From NCBI GenBank assembly GCA_964187785.1, contig OZ076409.1, forward strand, positions 81,780,001 to 81,844,000: a stretch of 64,000 nt of DNA, in the 5' to 3' direction. Positions 23,101-37,199 of this stretch are shown piece after piece (the stretch's first letter is position 1; each line of letters begins with the position of its first letter). The DNA is from Amphiscolops sp. MND2022. Lineage: Eukaryota. The position numbers and the translations under genes are program-made. Below the pieces are notes generated by a model. That model worked only from the letters and a program-made list of their open reading frames with translations. It ran no database searches and had not been told where the DNA came from.

Positions 23101-24105
23101 CACCAATAGCTGGAGTCCTCCTTTTCCTCTGAAGCCCCGTCAAAGCTTCCGAAGCTGAAGAGGCTTCACTTTTCTGGACCCCGGCTGGTGCCACTGGACT
23201 GCCCCTTCTTGCTCTTGCAATCCTTACAAGCAGGCCCTTCGTATTGCACTTGAAGCACGCTCGGCTTTCCTTTGACCTGGAGTCTCTCAGCATGTGAAGC
23301 ACGTAATCTTATGGCACTTGAAGCACGTAATCTTCTTGCTGCTGTTGCCCCGCTTGAGTGGAATCCAGTTGAAGCCAGGCTCTGCCCTCGTGTTGGCAAA
23401 GTTGATGAGGTCCTGCTTCATCTCCTCGTAGCGGAAACGTTCGTGGTCCGAAGTTGAGAGCGGTGGCGATGCTCTCAAATGTTGGAGGTAGGCCCTTCAA
23501 CACCATTGCGCCGAACATCGCATTGGAAAAAATCTAGCCTACTTCCTGAAGATCCAACTGTGTTCCCTCAGCCCTGGTGAGGTAATCGGTCACCTTCGCC
23601 CCTTGTGCCATCTTCAATCCAGCCAGCGGAGTGAGCAACGTCTGAATGCGGGGCCTCTAGGTGCTGCGGTGCTCCACACAATGGCTTTCCAGGCCTCCAC
23701 CCCGTCCGGTTTGTGAAGGCGGACGAAGTTGATTAAAGCCTTGTCCAAGTATTGAAGAAACTCGCATCACACCAAAAATCGCTGCCTCTTCCGCTCGTCC
23801 TCTGCTTTGAGGGAAAGTGCCTCGAGGACAAGCTGACTGTGCCTGCCTACAAAGAAGACGAGACGAGGGGCGAAGAAATGGAGAGGTTGATCATGTGCAT
23901 CCTCGCCTCGAACTACTCGCTGAACGCCGCAAAACCCTCGTCCTTGCCAGAGGAGAAGAGCTTTTCTATCTTCGAGTGGGTGCCTGTCATCTCAGCTGCT
24001 GACTGCTTGGCTCCAAGTCAAATGGTTGATCCGGGCTGGTGTGGCTGTGATCGTCGAGGTGGACTCGGTCGTTGTATGTCAGTACTAGTCTGGGCCCATA
24101 ACCTC
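20197..24105 (-). mobile_element. Copia element 2 internal region (gag-PR-IN-RT-RH), degenerate
   Basis: CFKC knuckle ~23250-23330; protease LVDS ~23100; WHRALGH; IGFIDSHSR and VSDGAQEY integrase; KKSLYGLNQS and VWVDD RT; ADYASCKDNRKSVTGY RNase H. Integrase precedes RT, the Ty1/copia order. Confidence 0.93.
24090..24103 (-). other. Copia PBS GGTTATGGGCCCAG (initiator tRNA-Met half)
   Basis: The exact motif lies 2 nt after the LTR end on the minus strand. Confidence 0.9.
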
Positions 24106-24349
24106 TGAAAGCTGATGTAGTGATTAATAATTGAATTGATTGTTGGGATGACACAAATGAAATTGCAAGCGATATATATATATATATATATACTAAAGTT
24201 TACAGGTCACAGCACGGGCCAGAAAAAACACGATTCAGTTCACTGTCGGGCAGGTACCTATCAAGTCTGCTATCCATTTCCACCTCCATATTTTCATCGG
24301 CTGTCGGTCAGCCGGTTAGCTGGTGGCTTTCAGCTATCTAAACCAGACA
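24106..24349 (-). repeat. 5' LTR of Copia element 2
   Basis: TG...CA, 244 bp, adjacent to the PBS, homologous to 4619-4837. Confidence 0.9.
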
Positions 24350-24768
24350 AGGTCTAAAGGAATAAGAAAGTGAAATGTGGGGAATATCCGGTGTATGCAC
24401 GCTCGCATTCACCGCCGCAAAGACCAGCTCCCACTACGATCGCTTCACGATCTCCTTTCCCGCTAGGTCTCCTCTTCGACCTCGCTTAGCAAGATGGGAG
24501 CATAGGCAGTCCCAAGGGGCCGCGGTGCACTAGTGGAAATGGTGACATATCCGAGGCACTTTTTATACTCTGCATCTTTCCTACACTATTGGTCTTATTG
24601 TTTTTTTTTTCTTGAATTGATGATTTCTACAAACTGGTATTCTACAAACTGGACCTAACTCAAAATGTATTAATGGCCAGTTTGTAGAAAAGAGATTCTA
24701 CAAATTGGACCTCACTTTTCTACAAACTGGATTCCACAAATTGATTTTCTACAAACTGGTTCCATACC

Positions 24769-25210
24769 ATAGCGGTGGTTCCCAGGTTGCATGAGGAGCC
24801 CTGATTCAGGCGACTGGGTGCAGGTGCAAGAGTATCCACAAAGGTGACATTCCACACCAGCTGTTTACCCATTTCCCAACGAGTCTTCGGAACACCGTCT
24901 GGGCGTTTGCCATCAGTTCGATACAGTCCACGCGGTTCGAGCATTGAAGGCAAGTCGAGAAATCCCAACGTCTGCTTTGCAAGAGAATTGAGAGTAGCAT
25001 GACGTGAGAAGCGACCAGTTTTCTTGGTGCAAGAAAGACCGTGTTAGCCGTCCCGTTCAACTTTTTTAACACAGTGGCACTTATGCGCAACACAGATTTT
25101 GGCTCCGAGAGGTGAACCAAGTGAAGTCCGAAGCTGCTGTTCATCATCAAGTTTCAGGTCTAGGTTATTGCTAGAAACGAAGTTCTTCCATTGAGACCCG
25201 AATTTGCCTT
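24769..25210 (-). pseudogene. RLE-endonuclease (CRE-like) non-LTR retrotransposon fragment
   Basis: HGLSC..RH...LN zinc motif and LEPRGLYRTDGKRPDG..LVWNVTFVDTLAP restriction-like endonuclease motif. Confidence 0.8.
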
Positions 25211-25213
25211 GAT

Positions 25214-28200
25214 TCACCACTTGCGTACGATGTACTCATCGTAGAATTGATACTTGTCGCCAATATCCACGAGAAGAGCATTCTCATATAGAGGTTTCTC
25301 TCTGTCTCTCAAGTTCCAAGGCGTCAGTATGTGTCCATCATTCCTTCGTGGCTCACCACCCTGGTGATCTTGTTGACTTTCACCAAATGCTAAATGCTCA
25401 TACCTCCAACGTTGACCTTTGCGGAGATGAGAAACTGATTGGTAGTGACGAACAATCTCTCTCGCTTTTGTAGACCTGATGGACACATTGGTTTCGCAGA
25501 TTTGGCAATAAAACTTAGGTTTTTTGTGCAGTGGGTCCTGGGTCCGGTGACAAAGGACTAAGTCCATTTATGCCTTTGCAATTGGCCTCTTTCATCACCT
25601 TGCCTGTTTCCCTACCAGACTATTTCGCTTACATGGAGGGCTGGGGATGGTGGAACTGACAATCTGACTTTCGCAAAATTGGGCCAATGGCCGGTAATCC
25701 GCGGCACTACGTCCAGGGGTGGGTACAGCTGGAATGACCACTCTTGTTTCAAAGTTAATAGCTGTAATAGTCGAAGCAATTGCTCCTGAGGAATTGGAAC
25801 GAGACCTTGAGTCCGAATAGCCGTGGAATCATCTGAACTTAGGGTTCCGCTGGTGTAATCTGTAGTGGAGTAACCACTCATAGCAGTTTCGTCACCAGAG
25901 CTCTCTGAGACGCAGCATCTGCGAGGAAATTTGTGATTGCCTGGCCCACTACTTGCTGATCCGCTCTGCATAACCTCAGCTACTAAGGCTCTCATTGTTT
26001 GGATGGAAAAGAGGACCGCAACGTCTGCTAATGCACCAAGCATATTCTGAACTTAGCTTTCGCTGAAAGCTACTACTAGTTTGTCCATTGGCAGCACTCT
26101 GACGACGGTCTCACTAAAGTACTTCCTTAATAAAGTCCTTCCATTGGCTGATAGTAGTCGTGGCTTAGAAACTGTAGGGAGATCCGACTTGGCGCAGGGT
26201 CTTTCACTGGTATCCCGGTAGGCATCATGGCTGACTTCAGTGAGCTCAAAAACTTCAGAATATGCAGCAGTAGTGTAGAGGTGAGCCTATGCATTGGCTC
26301 CTGCACTATCAAAAAGACCCTCGACCTCGCTGATGTTTGTTGGAAAGTAATCCACAGTTCGATGATGCCCGCTGGTCTCACTGACAGTGTCGGGCTGGAT
26401 TTGCGGACGTTCTGGAGGTTAAGTGACTCCTTCATTGACCACAAGGGAGACAGCGATAGCTGCTGACACGGATGGTTTTGTTGGAGCATCTCCTTGTCCC
26501 TTTTGCTCTTTTTCCATTGGGGTCGCCGAACGGTCCTCTGTGGCATGTTCCTCTGTTGTTGAGATGTTCAAAAGAGTCCTCTCAACATACGCGGTGAGGC
26601 TTTTTTCTGTGGACGGACTGGTGGAAATAACTCCCGACTGTACCCTAGTCACAAGTGTTTGCGGGTTCGCGCTAATCGTTGCAGAAGGCTGTAAAACTGG
26701 ATCATCTTCTGGTCTGTTCGAATCAGGCAGTGAATCAGAAAAGACTTTGGGAACTTCAAGCTTTTGTTCTGACGACATGTCTGAAACATCACGAATTTCA
26801 GCGATAAACTTCCTGTATGAACAAACTGCCGCGTTTAAAAGTCTTCCGGAAGCGGACTAAATTGAACACTTGTGAATACTAGTATTATTTGGACAGGAAG
26901 TACATGAATGAAATGAGAGCCCTGATCAAGCCACAATTTAATTCAAATTGAAAATCTGAAATTTATGAAAGACCGAAAATTTACTGACCTGTATGAAATG
27001 ACCGGAACTCTTGGATCCAAGCTGAATCTTATAAAGCGTTCAGTATGGTGAAAATTGCGATCTTGCCAAGATATGGCTGGAGTGACTGATTGTCCGTAGT
27101 AAGGTGATTGCAACTTGTGGATCTGATGTCGGGGATTCAAGGTTCACCAGTGGGAAACACGAAGAACGGAGTGTTCCGTAACAATGGTAAATTGGATATT
27201 ACGGATGTAACTCAACGACTAATGGAACTAATGTAATACAAGAAGACAAATACTACGGATGATTAAAGTGCTGTATAATAAAGAAGGTTTAAATGTAATG
27301 AATTGAAAGACAAATTTGCAATTTGTCAAGGTGTCAAAGTTGGAGTTCGTGCTATACAATTTGGTGTCAAAATTACAGTTGTTCACTCATTTACTGTATC
27401 GGGTGCATACTATTTTGTTCCTTAGATGACCATTTTGAAAAGGGAGAGAAATTGCTGCGATCCTATTGGTCGCATCAAGAGAAGCGAGACAGCGTGGCTT
27501 TCAGCTATATCTTCACCTACTTGAAAGTTTCAAGTGGTTACCGAGTGTTAACAAACACTCAGCGAAGTCCTTGATGGATACTTGTCGCCTTTAAGAAACA
27601 ACTAAATTATTGAGTGTCAAAAATGATACGGCAGGCCGCCATCAAAGGGACTACGAGGAACTCGCTGTATATTTTACCGAAAAGTGAAAGGGAAACCCGG
27701 GAAAAAGAAAAACGAGTTTGGGTGAATTTCCAGCGAGTCTGAGTTAGTTAAATTGTCATTCACTCATTTTCGATCCTACCGTTCAGCTGACTACTCATAG
27801 CCTGAAACTCAAAATCTGAGCTGCACACTCTTTTTAAAAAATTGCGAAAAATATAAAAAATATAATAAAACAAAGATTCATGTCTAATTGGTTAGAAACA
27901 TTTCCAATGGACTTCGTGGGGGCCGCCCAATCAGAGGGAGAACCAGTCTTCATCTACCTGTCGAGTGACGAGGACGATCGTATGGACTGCGCTAGCACGG
28001 ACTCAGTGGAGGATCTGACAGTGGAGGATCTGATCCCTTCATCGGACGAATGATCAGAAGACGTTGAGCTGATGGCAAGATGAGTAGAAATACGACTAGC
28101 CGATCCAATTCCCATACTGCTACTGGGACAGCAAAGGCAGTGAAACTCCTAGAGGAGTGAGACTCCTAGGGCGAACCAACCACCGTTCCCTACATTTAAC

Positions 28201-30113
28201 CTAAAATATTTTATTCAGGGCCGTGGAAACGGCTCATTAGCGTATGATATTAGGGTAAGAAATACCCACCCTATTAACATTTGCCGCAATCTAATACCCC
28301 AAGTGGATACCCCGCAGTCCCCTCCATTTGAAGATAGAAGACCGGACTATGGGTTAAGTGCGCCTAGTTGCTCCTACTCTACTGATACTGTCTCAGTGGA
28401 GTCAATCTTAAACCATTTCAATGGGATGGTTGTGTCAGAAACTCCCACACTGGTTGATTATTCAGACTGTGTGGTCGTCGGGTTGTTAGTTCACCAAATC
28501 CAATCGGAGGCGGTCAATGACTACTCAAACAAAACTGCAATTTCAGGCGAAACTTTGGCAGAACAGAAAGCAAGAAGGAGAGCCTTCTTGGATGGAATGT
28601 CCGCAAGGACGTTCCTACTTATGCCAAGGGGAGCGTCGCAGGCTGTCGCATGCAATGGAAACTAGTATTCTATCTCTTACAACACCTACAACACTCTCCC
28701 TGGGACGATCCCGCTTGACTAAAGAAAATGAACTTGCCGTCCAAGAGAAACTACCATCTCAAAATCTGGAATTTAGTGTTTTCAATTTATTAATTTAATA
28801 CGCATGTAAATTGAATATAGCGTTATTTCATTCGCGAGTAATTGATACATGTAAAGATAATTGGACACCAAAACGTACAGGCTAAGGAAACGTGTTCAAA
28901 TGTTTCCTTGCCTGTCGCCGCGGACAACGCGTCCGATGTGCATTTTAACCAATCAGCGGCGTTCATTTATTAGTGCTATGCCTGATTGAATCAAAGGCCG
29001 AGTACGGCCATTCTACTTAACTAGCATGCTATTGAGGACGGCGTTACAATGAGTCCTAATTTGAATTAAAGGCGCTGTTTAATAAATACCGAAATAAAAT
29101 TAAGCAGTATTCTTTAATTATTCGATGAATTACTTAATTTCTGATTTGTCTTGAAATGTACAAATGCCCATTGGTCACATCACTCTTTCCATGCATAATA
29201 TGATTACATGTCAAATATCGTGAAAAATTACCCATTTACTCTGTTTCTTGTCCTTGAGGGAGGCATGTATAACCAATACGCCACCGTGTTCTATAAGTTC
29301 ACTGTCGGTGAACAATTGCTTTGGAGTCAATCTATAACCATGACGTCACTGTGCTATTTTTAGAAAACCATTCAGGTTATTTTTAGTGAATGATCTCAGT
29401 AAAATTGCGAGTCATGTAAACTCAGATATATAAATACCCGGGACCTTAAGTCGCGAAACAGTTTGTTGAAACTACATACCGTTTAGTTAAACCACCGTTA
29501 TTAATTTTGATTTGCAAGATAAAGTCGCAATTTAATTCTTCCCTTGTAACCATGTTCTTATGCCTTCAACGAGGAGACAGAAGTCAAAAGCAAGGAGATC
29601 TAGAGAAATGGACAGGATCTCTGATTTTGATAACCTAGACCTAATGGTAGAGAGTAATAACATTGATCTAATTGAAAGAGAATTAGCTAGTGCTATTGGA
29701 GAATCCTCATTCCAATATGACACTGAGTCTAACCTACCAGCAAGGGAAAGCTTTCACCAAAAAAGCAAGTTTAGGAATCAGAATAATGGAAATAATATTC
29801 CTAGACATGAAGGTAGAAACTTTTAAAAAAGAAGTTAACTTGAGATTATCTCAGGAAATGGATTCCATGATGTCGATGGTACATGCTCAGATCAATAGAG
29901 CCATTAGTTCAGCTATATCAGATAGAGTCATTCCAGAAAAACGTAATAAAGTGAGCTCAATGTCTTCATCAGGAAATAGGGACACTGAGGCTAGTTTGTC
30001 CCTTAATAGCCAGGAAAATAGTGAAAAAACGACTGGGTTGAAAACTAGAATAACAAAGGAGGGTTCTAGGTCCGCATGTGATCTACGAAACACTGAGGGC
30101 TTAGGTTCTTACA
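25214..30113 (+). mobile_element. Gypsy family copy B: accessory/LTR region (divergent, truncated)
   Basis: Same order as copy A: antisense finger gene (FYCQICETNVSIRS..RHYQSVSH, 25214-26778 minus), acidic ORF from ATG 27880, TATA ~29425, gag N-terminus MPSTRRQKSK at 29560, ending CTTACA at 30113. Confidence 0.7.
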
Positions 30114-32679
30114 AGTACAGTGCCAAAAAACCGCAGGTCTTTTCCACGTTTCTTGAGAAACACTTGTCCGTTCCACCGGACCAAACAAAAATCAGAGAGG
30201 TCAACCTCACTCTGAAAACCCATAGAGAAAACCTCAAAAGAACAAAGGGTGTGGAAAACAATTTCGAAAACTTTCAATTTTTTACTTGTTGGGTAAGTAG
30301 CATAGTGCCGAAAAAATCCTGAAAATGGTACCTTTAGTCTCCCTCTACTTTTGCAAGCAAAAAACTTTGGTTTAGTGCGAGAATCGAACCCACGTACTCC
30401 TGCCTCTTAGCCCTCGTCCACCACCCAGGAAACGCGCGGTAATCACTGGACCAAGTTGCAGTGTGACTAACGAACTTGAATACTAGTTTGAATACTAACT
30501 TATGGAAGTGATTACAAATATCTGTCAGTTCGCCGGTGTTTCAAAAAAGACGCTGCTAGAGTCGGTTCTTTTTTGCCGACTAAAAGATTGATTACGAGCT
30601 GATTCGTTTCCAATTTCCAATTCTGACTATACCAGCTGAGGTTAAAAAATTGTTTTTTGACATTGCTTTAAAACGACGAGAAGTGGGGTGCATCAAAATT
30701 AGTTGCATCCAGACCTTTGTTTAGAACTAAGATTTGCAAAAGACAAACAGCTGTTTCAGATGGCCTTTGTGACATCTCATATGTCTATGACCATGAGCTA
30801 TTTTCCAGATCGGTAGAGGCATTTTCGTTGCCCGTATTAACAGTCGAGAGGACTTAAGGACTGCTGAGGCTAAATCCAGTTTTGTAACAGACTCAAACCA
30901 GTACAAAGGCCGTTGTAGCCCTTGGCAGAACTTGATAAAATTGAACAATTTGGAAATTAGTTAATACACGCATGCGTATGTTTCTTTTTATTTCAGTCAA
31001 ATTTGTCAATCTTGTACTTTTCAGACCGTCAGTTTAGTAGTGACGACGCGAAACTCCCAACTCCAAAATCCGGGTTCAAAGTTTTTGTGTTTCCGTTTGC
31101 CAATTTATATGAGATTTCCAGGACTCGTATTTGGCTTGATGTTTTTGATTTTGCTAAGCAGCAAAAACAGTTTCCGAGTCTAAAGGACGCCTACTTTGTT
31201 TTCGGTACTGCTCCATTATAGAGAAATCTCCAACAACTGTCTTTGTTATACTGTAACTCCAGTGGACTCAATTTCTCAGCAGGATAACCAAAGTACTGCC
31301 AAAGGGAACTCAAGTTTTCGAACATTCCAAAGTCCTGAACATCCCTGAGAAATTTCCGTTGAAAAGGCCCAAAAACCGAAATTTTTGACCAGTTCTGGTA
31401 TATTCTTTAGCAGTTCTTGAAAAATTCACTGAAAATTCGTTGTCACTATCGAAAGTATGTTTTGACTCACCCATACCAAAAAAATCTCACTTATTCGCTG
31501 TTTCTGGAGAATCTTTTTTTTTCCATTTTCAAGATACTTGATTAGGATCTATCTATAATCACTATATTTTGGCAGAATGGGGCCCAAAGTCACTATCCTG
31601 TAAAATAAAAACCTAAAGTAATTTTCGTGTCGTTCAATAGGACCTAAAATACAGTATCCAGATTGTCTCTGGCCTTTAAATGATCCAATTTTCCGCGGAA
31701 TAAGGCCTAAAATCTATCTCCTGTGAACGAAGATCTAAAACCACTTAATCATAGGGAAACCACTGTGTTCCCCACTTGATTCAAGCAAACAAAGTCACTA
31801 TAGTCAGTTAAATTAAACCCTAAAATCTCTGTATCCTGGTGGAACAAGGCCTCATTTTACAGTATTCTGTTCTAATGAGACCTAAAATTTCTATCATGAT
31901 GGAATAAGGTCCAAAATCCAAATGCTGTGGATAATGCTCTAAAATTACTGTATTGTGAAAAAACAACTGGTTTAAGTAGTTTGTTTACAGCTTAGCAAGG
32001 TCAAAAATTAGACTCAGTGGATTAATATCTAAAATCACAGTTTTGTGGACCGAGACATATATCAGTATATGGAAGAAGGCCTAAATTATCTCTGTTCGTG
32101 TGGAAAAACGCCTAATAACACTATTTGCGTTGAATGGGGCTCAGAAGTGATCTTTGAATTGATATTTACAATCATTATTTCATTCGATTCTTGACTTGTA
32201 TCCGGAAGTCTAGAGTTTAAAGGATGTCGGAAACACTTTACCTTCATTCTTGTAAAACTGTCTTCAATTGTTTCATTAAATATGGGGCTTTTTCATGCAC
32301 CTGCTCTGCGGTAGCCCTGCCAGCGTTGACTATTTTTCAGTTGGTCAGGTGAAACTAAAAACTTTGTTTTTTCAAGGTATTGACGTGGATTTTGAAAAAG
32401 CAAGGAACAATTCTACACACTGAATGCCCTAATCTAGCTTTCCAAAGATACTTCCAAGTCGAACGACGTTATCGGTTGAATTCCGGTCCAATACTTTCCA
32501 GACTAGCCCCTGGATTCTACATGGTTGGTCAAGACTTTTCCAAGATTCCCAAGGAGTGGTTATGACTGGTCCAGGACTTCTAAGGATAAAAGTGGTTCTT
32601 TTTGAGTCCTTGAGAAATATTGGCAGTCGTTGCATTCCCAGTTTTATGCTGAGGTGAAACTATATTGGGGTGTCGTTTT

Positions 32680-33172
32680 TTAGTCGCCGCTTCCTTAGAA
32701 ATAGCAGACTATAGTAGTCGCTTTTTTAAGACTGACGAAGTGACAGATTTTATAAATTTCTTTATATTTTGTTCATTCTGTTCAACTTGCAGACAAGTGA
32801 ACTATGGACCTACAAAACGTACTAGAACCTCGCAAGCAAACCAAGGGTACCTTTGGCTACCTTGGTGTTTTTAACTTTGATTTTTTTCGGCACTGTTAGA
32901 CTTTTTTAACGAAAAATTTTCGGCATTTTTTAAGAACATGCATAACATCTAACACGTACATATATTTGGATGTAACGTTCGGATGTAACGTTTTCAAAGT
33001 TCTTCATTTTTCGTATAACGTTATAGATTTCCCCCTAAATTTCACACAATTTAGGTACTAAACGAATTTTTCAGATTTTCTGAAAATCGTTATTCAACAA
33101 GTGATACTAAAGCCACGTCCTGGGTACACTTTGCGCTTTGAGCGGGCGCAAACTTGGGCCGTTCCCGGCTTG
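32680..33172 (+). mobile_element. HINE-like element
   Basis: 5' tagtcgccgct..agcagacta stem; 3' gcaaacttgggccgttcccggcttgtt. Confidence 0.5.
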
Positions 33173-34115
33173 TTGTTTCTTAAGCATTTGAGATTTGCAT
33201 GTGTCCAGGTTTTCCAAAGGTGTCTTGCAATTTCAACGAATTATCACAGATGCTATCGCAGTGCACTTGTGCTTCTTGATTTTCATGTTTTCTTTCGTTT
33301 GGCCAGTGCGAAAAAGAACTGGGAAGTCATTATAGAACTGAGTCGCAAAGGATTGGTAATAAAGATTCGATCAATGCAGAATAAGAGTTAGAGTAATTTT
33401 TAGGTTGCAAGAATCTCTTGAGGAAATTTTTTTCAAGGTTTTTCAAGGAAACAATTTTCCAAGATCTTGCAAAGAAAATAATAGTCAAATGAAAAATCTT
33501 ACAAGGGAAACATTTCCTTGCAAGAAATTACGAGGAAGTTTTCAACATTTTTTGTTAGTTTCGGCTAGTTAAGTTCTTCGAATTGTAATAAGTTCAAAGT
33601 ACTTTTGCTTGAGCTGGCGTGAAATTATCCAGAGAGATTAGTTTGAGCACTTCTATATGAAGAAAGTTTGTTGCGTTGTGTTTAAAAAAAGCTTCCATGT
33701 CTGATTATTTTTGGATAGTCTTTTCCCTAGATTTCCCTAGATTTGATGTATGTGTGGTCTTTCATTGCTTGTATCTTCATACAAAAACATGAAATAGAAG
33801 GCTGTTCAAGGTCTGCATGGCGTATCAGGTTAAAATCTCCTAGTTTACGTCATAATTAGGCCAAACAAATGTATGCTGGAATAAAAATCATACAGTAATA
33901 AAACCTGTAAAATTCAAAAGAAATGTAGAAGTAACACATCAACTTTTTATTCGAACACTGTTTTGTTGAAAAAAGAACATTTACTGTACTAAAGGTTTTA
34001 TTAACAAAATATATCATTTATTAGTAAATGAAACATTGAAATTGTGGCTAATGATTTATTCATGTCGTGGTTACTGTGTATCTGACTGGATCGTGAGTCA
34101 GCAGAATTGGGTGTT

Positions 34116-34966
34116 TCAGGAGGACTCTTCCACTAGTTTGGCCTCGGGTGAATGAAACATTGCGTATAAAACTCCATTTAGAAGCAAAAGAAGCGAGAAA
34201 ATCAAAGCGTTGAACCTGTTAATAATCTCTGCATGTTGTTGCCATTCTAACGTGTAATCTTTTTCCTGTTCCACGTTATCATCGTCTAAGTCGTGTGGCG
34301 AAAAAAACTTGCCTCGTTTTCGCAATTCTCGGAAAACCTCGCCGCTTTGTTTGTAATTGGACGAAGCTTTTTTGAGGCTGGAAAAGTTTTGATCGCCCAG
34401 CAAAACGGCGCCCCGTCTTCTGGGACTCACGAAATGACTCACACTGTTTTGGGCGGAATACGAAAGAGGTAATCTCTCATAAGTGTTTAGAATGTTGGTG
34501 CTGTTGCCGTTGTTTGTAACTATTTTTTCTGTGGCATTACTGAGTTTGTTGTTATTACTATTATCAGTGCTGTTTTTGTTGTTATTTTCTTTGCCGTTTT
34601 CGTTTGCATTGAAATATCCCTCTGAGAATGATTCGCTTCGTCTGACCTGTGTTTGCCCGTTTGGCATTCGAATTTGAATTATGTTAGAAGAGTCTTCACC
34701 ACCTAAGATGAACTCGGGCGACTCGAAGTCATGAACGTCTTCTTCGTCGTCACTCAATTGTCCGCCGTCTACTTCGGATTGTTGCAGGGCGTTTGATACG
34801 AACGACATCTGCCTTCGGGCCAGAACGATGTCGGGTAGGGGGTCGTTCGGACCGACCAGCACCTTGAGCTTGTTGCAGATGGATCTCAACTTGGGCCACG
34901 GTCGTTCCTTCGTGTGGGAAGGAGAATAAATGCGCAACGTGATCACATTCATCAGCAAGGACAGAC
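34116..34966 (-). CDS. Cys-loop ligand-gated ion channel (nAChR-like), last exon: M3 end, intracellular loop, M4
   Basis: Acceptor tttcccag; GLSLLMNVITLRIY..PW; EWQQHAEIINRFNALIFSLLLLL; phase-1 join to the upstream exon. Confidence 0.88.
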
Positions 34967-37199
34967 CTGGGAAACAAAAGGAAATACTTAACAAAACAAA
35001 GGAAATATGTCATCACAGAAATTGATATTGAGCAAAAAAAGCATTAAATGAAACGTCAAAAGAAACAAATTCGTTAAATAACTGAGTGAAACAGTAACAA
35101 GGCGCCCGCTGAGCAGCGAGATATTTGCCGTCCCAAACTGTTCTACAACTATATAAATTTGAGGCTCAAGAATAGCCAATGCACTATAAATACACAAAGA
35201 AGTTCGAAGAAAAACAGTTTTGATTAATTTTAACCCATTTTGAAAAAAAAACACCTAATTTATTATTCCTGCGATAGCTGGCCACTTTTCGCTTTTTCGG
35301 CACTGTGCGACTTACCAAGAGAAAATTTTCGAGAGGTTTTTTCTAGAATAAATTTCGGAAAACATTTTTCGAAATTTTTAGTTTTTGAGGTTTTCTATAA
35401 AAGAAATAAGTTTCCCGAGTCTTGAGAGTGACCTCTTTGTTACTTTTATTCATGTGGAATTGATGAGTTTTCTTATTGATAATAGAAACACCTCAGTTCA
35501 ATATTTTTTCGGCTCTCTGCGTCTTCACGAAACTTTCATTTGGTCGAAGGGTACCCCGTTGCTTTTTTAAGGCTAACTTCGGCTTGCTTGAGAAAAGTAG
35601 CTAAGCGAGCTGATAATAGTTTCGTCATCATAGGCCGTTACTGAAAAAAATGATTTCTTTTTGTGATTCCTGTTGGGAAAAGAGTGGTTTCCGAAGCTCA
35701 GGCGTGTTTCTTGGGTACAGACAAAAAGGAAACGCTTGAAACTAGGTCTTTTGCAAGTTTCAGAAACTAGGAGGGTCCCAGTTTACTATATTATTGCACA
35801 TAGTTTCACCAGAAGTGTCGAAAATTGGAAAATTTTTTTGACAACCTTGGGGTCGATTTGAGGAACTTTTCTAACATAAATCAACAGATGTCTCTTCAAA
35901 AATAAGCCAACAGGACACCGAATTTAGTTTTTTTATTGTTCACACCATTCCAACATACGAAATAGCTGAAAACAATTTCCTTTGGAAAGTGTACTTCATA
36001 TCTAGTGATTTTGCTTAGAGCTTATTGAGTATTGAATATTGTACAATAAGGTCGAAATTTACGTTTCAAAAAAAATTGTTCAAAGTTGTGCAAATTGTCT
36101 TGTCTGATATCTTTTCGAAACACTACCGGTAGCTACACGTTTCAATCCTGAGCCTATGGTGTTTCTTATTGATGTAAACTTTCGGGAAGGGTCCAAAATT
36201 GGGTCTATATTCTCGAAAATTAGAAAAATTCGGAAACTTGACACCATTGTTGTGAACTCGATGAACTTCATCCCATTTTTTTTCAAAATTTGCAATTTGA
36301 AAACCCTATTGTTTGAACAATCTGGTCAACGGAAAATTTTATTCAAAAACTTTCGTGGTTTGAACCAAAATGGGGACTAAGTGGTCAAAAACGTGCTTTT
36401 TTGTTGTTTCATGGATTTGTGGGTGTTTTTAAGCCAATTCTAACAAAAAATGCAGTTATCCTTTCAAAATTGCCTATTTGAGATACCGTGACTATTCTTT
36501 GTTGAGTTTTTTAAAACAATTTATGCAGCCAAAATGCTCAAAAATTGTACTAAAAATTGCCCAAAACTGTAACAATAAAACTTGAAAATTCTCAGTTTTT
36601 GCATTATATGGGTCATTCTGAGGATACCTTTTTCCATTAAATATTCTAATTTCGTTTTGAAAAACGTGTTGTTGACCTAGTTTAATCATCTGAAGCGTTT
36701 GGAAGCTTTTATCTCACCAAAAGTTTCTAATCTCAAATAATCATTCACTATCTCAAAATAGAAATTGGCAAAAATTTAGACTTTTTTGAATTTTTGCGGG
36801 CAGTTTTGAGCCATTTTCCAACCAAAGTCCTCAAATATTTCTTTGAAAGTCTTCTGAATTATGAGTTCTTTGCTGAACGATCGCCAACATTCTGACTCCA
36901 AAACGATACAAAAAGTACACAAGTTACACAAAAACGAGGTTGTTGAAAATTTTCGACTCGTTTGGAGTCAGTCTGAGGTATTTTTGAAGCGAAACGCTGC
37001 TACGTTCTCTTCAAAAAACTTAATGTTTAGCTCGTTATTTTGTTGTTAATTGTAGTGGAACGAAATCTCTCGGCAATTTTTACAAAAATTGCATCGAAAA
37101 CTACAAAGACTTGAAAACTTTTTCGACAAACTTCGACAATCTGTTGACGAAAGCTCCACGAAACAACCAATTGTCCCATTGTTCATGGGTTTTAACACT

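Larger units (their letters stand above)
4474..24768. mobile_element. Outer non-autonomous DNA element (TTCTACAAACTGG subterminal repeats) containing nested insertions
   Basis: Left end (t)gaattaggtcgtttgtagaa, right end ttctacaaactggttccatacc, flanked by a 7-8 bp duplication (gtagcgg/atagcgg). Own sequence is ~4474-4616 plus 24350-24768. Confidence 0.65.
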
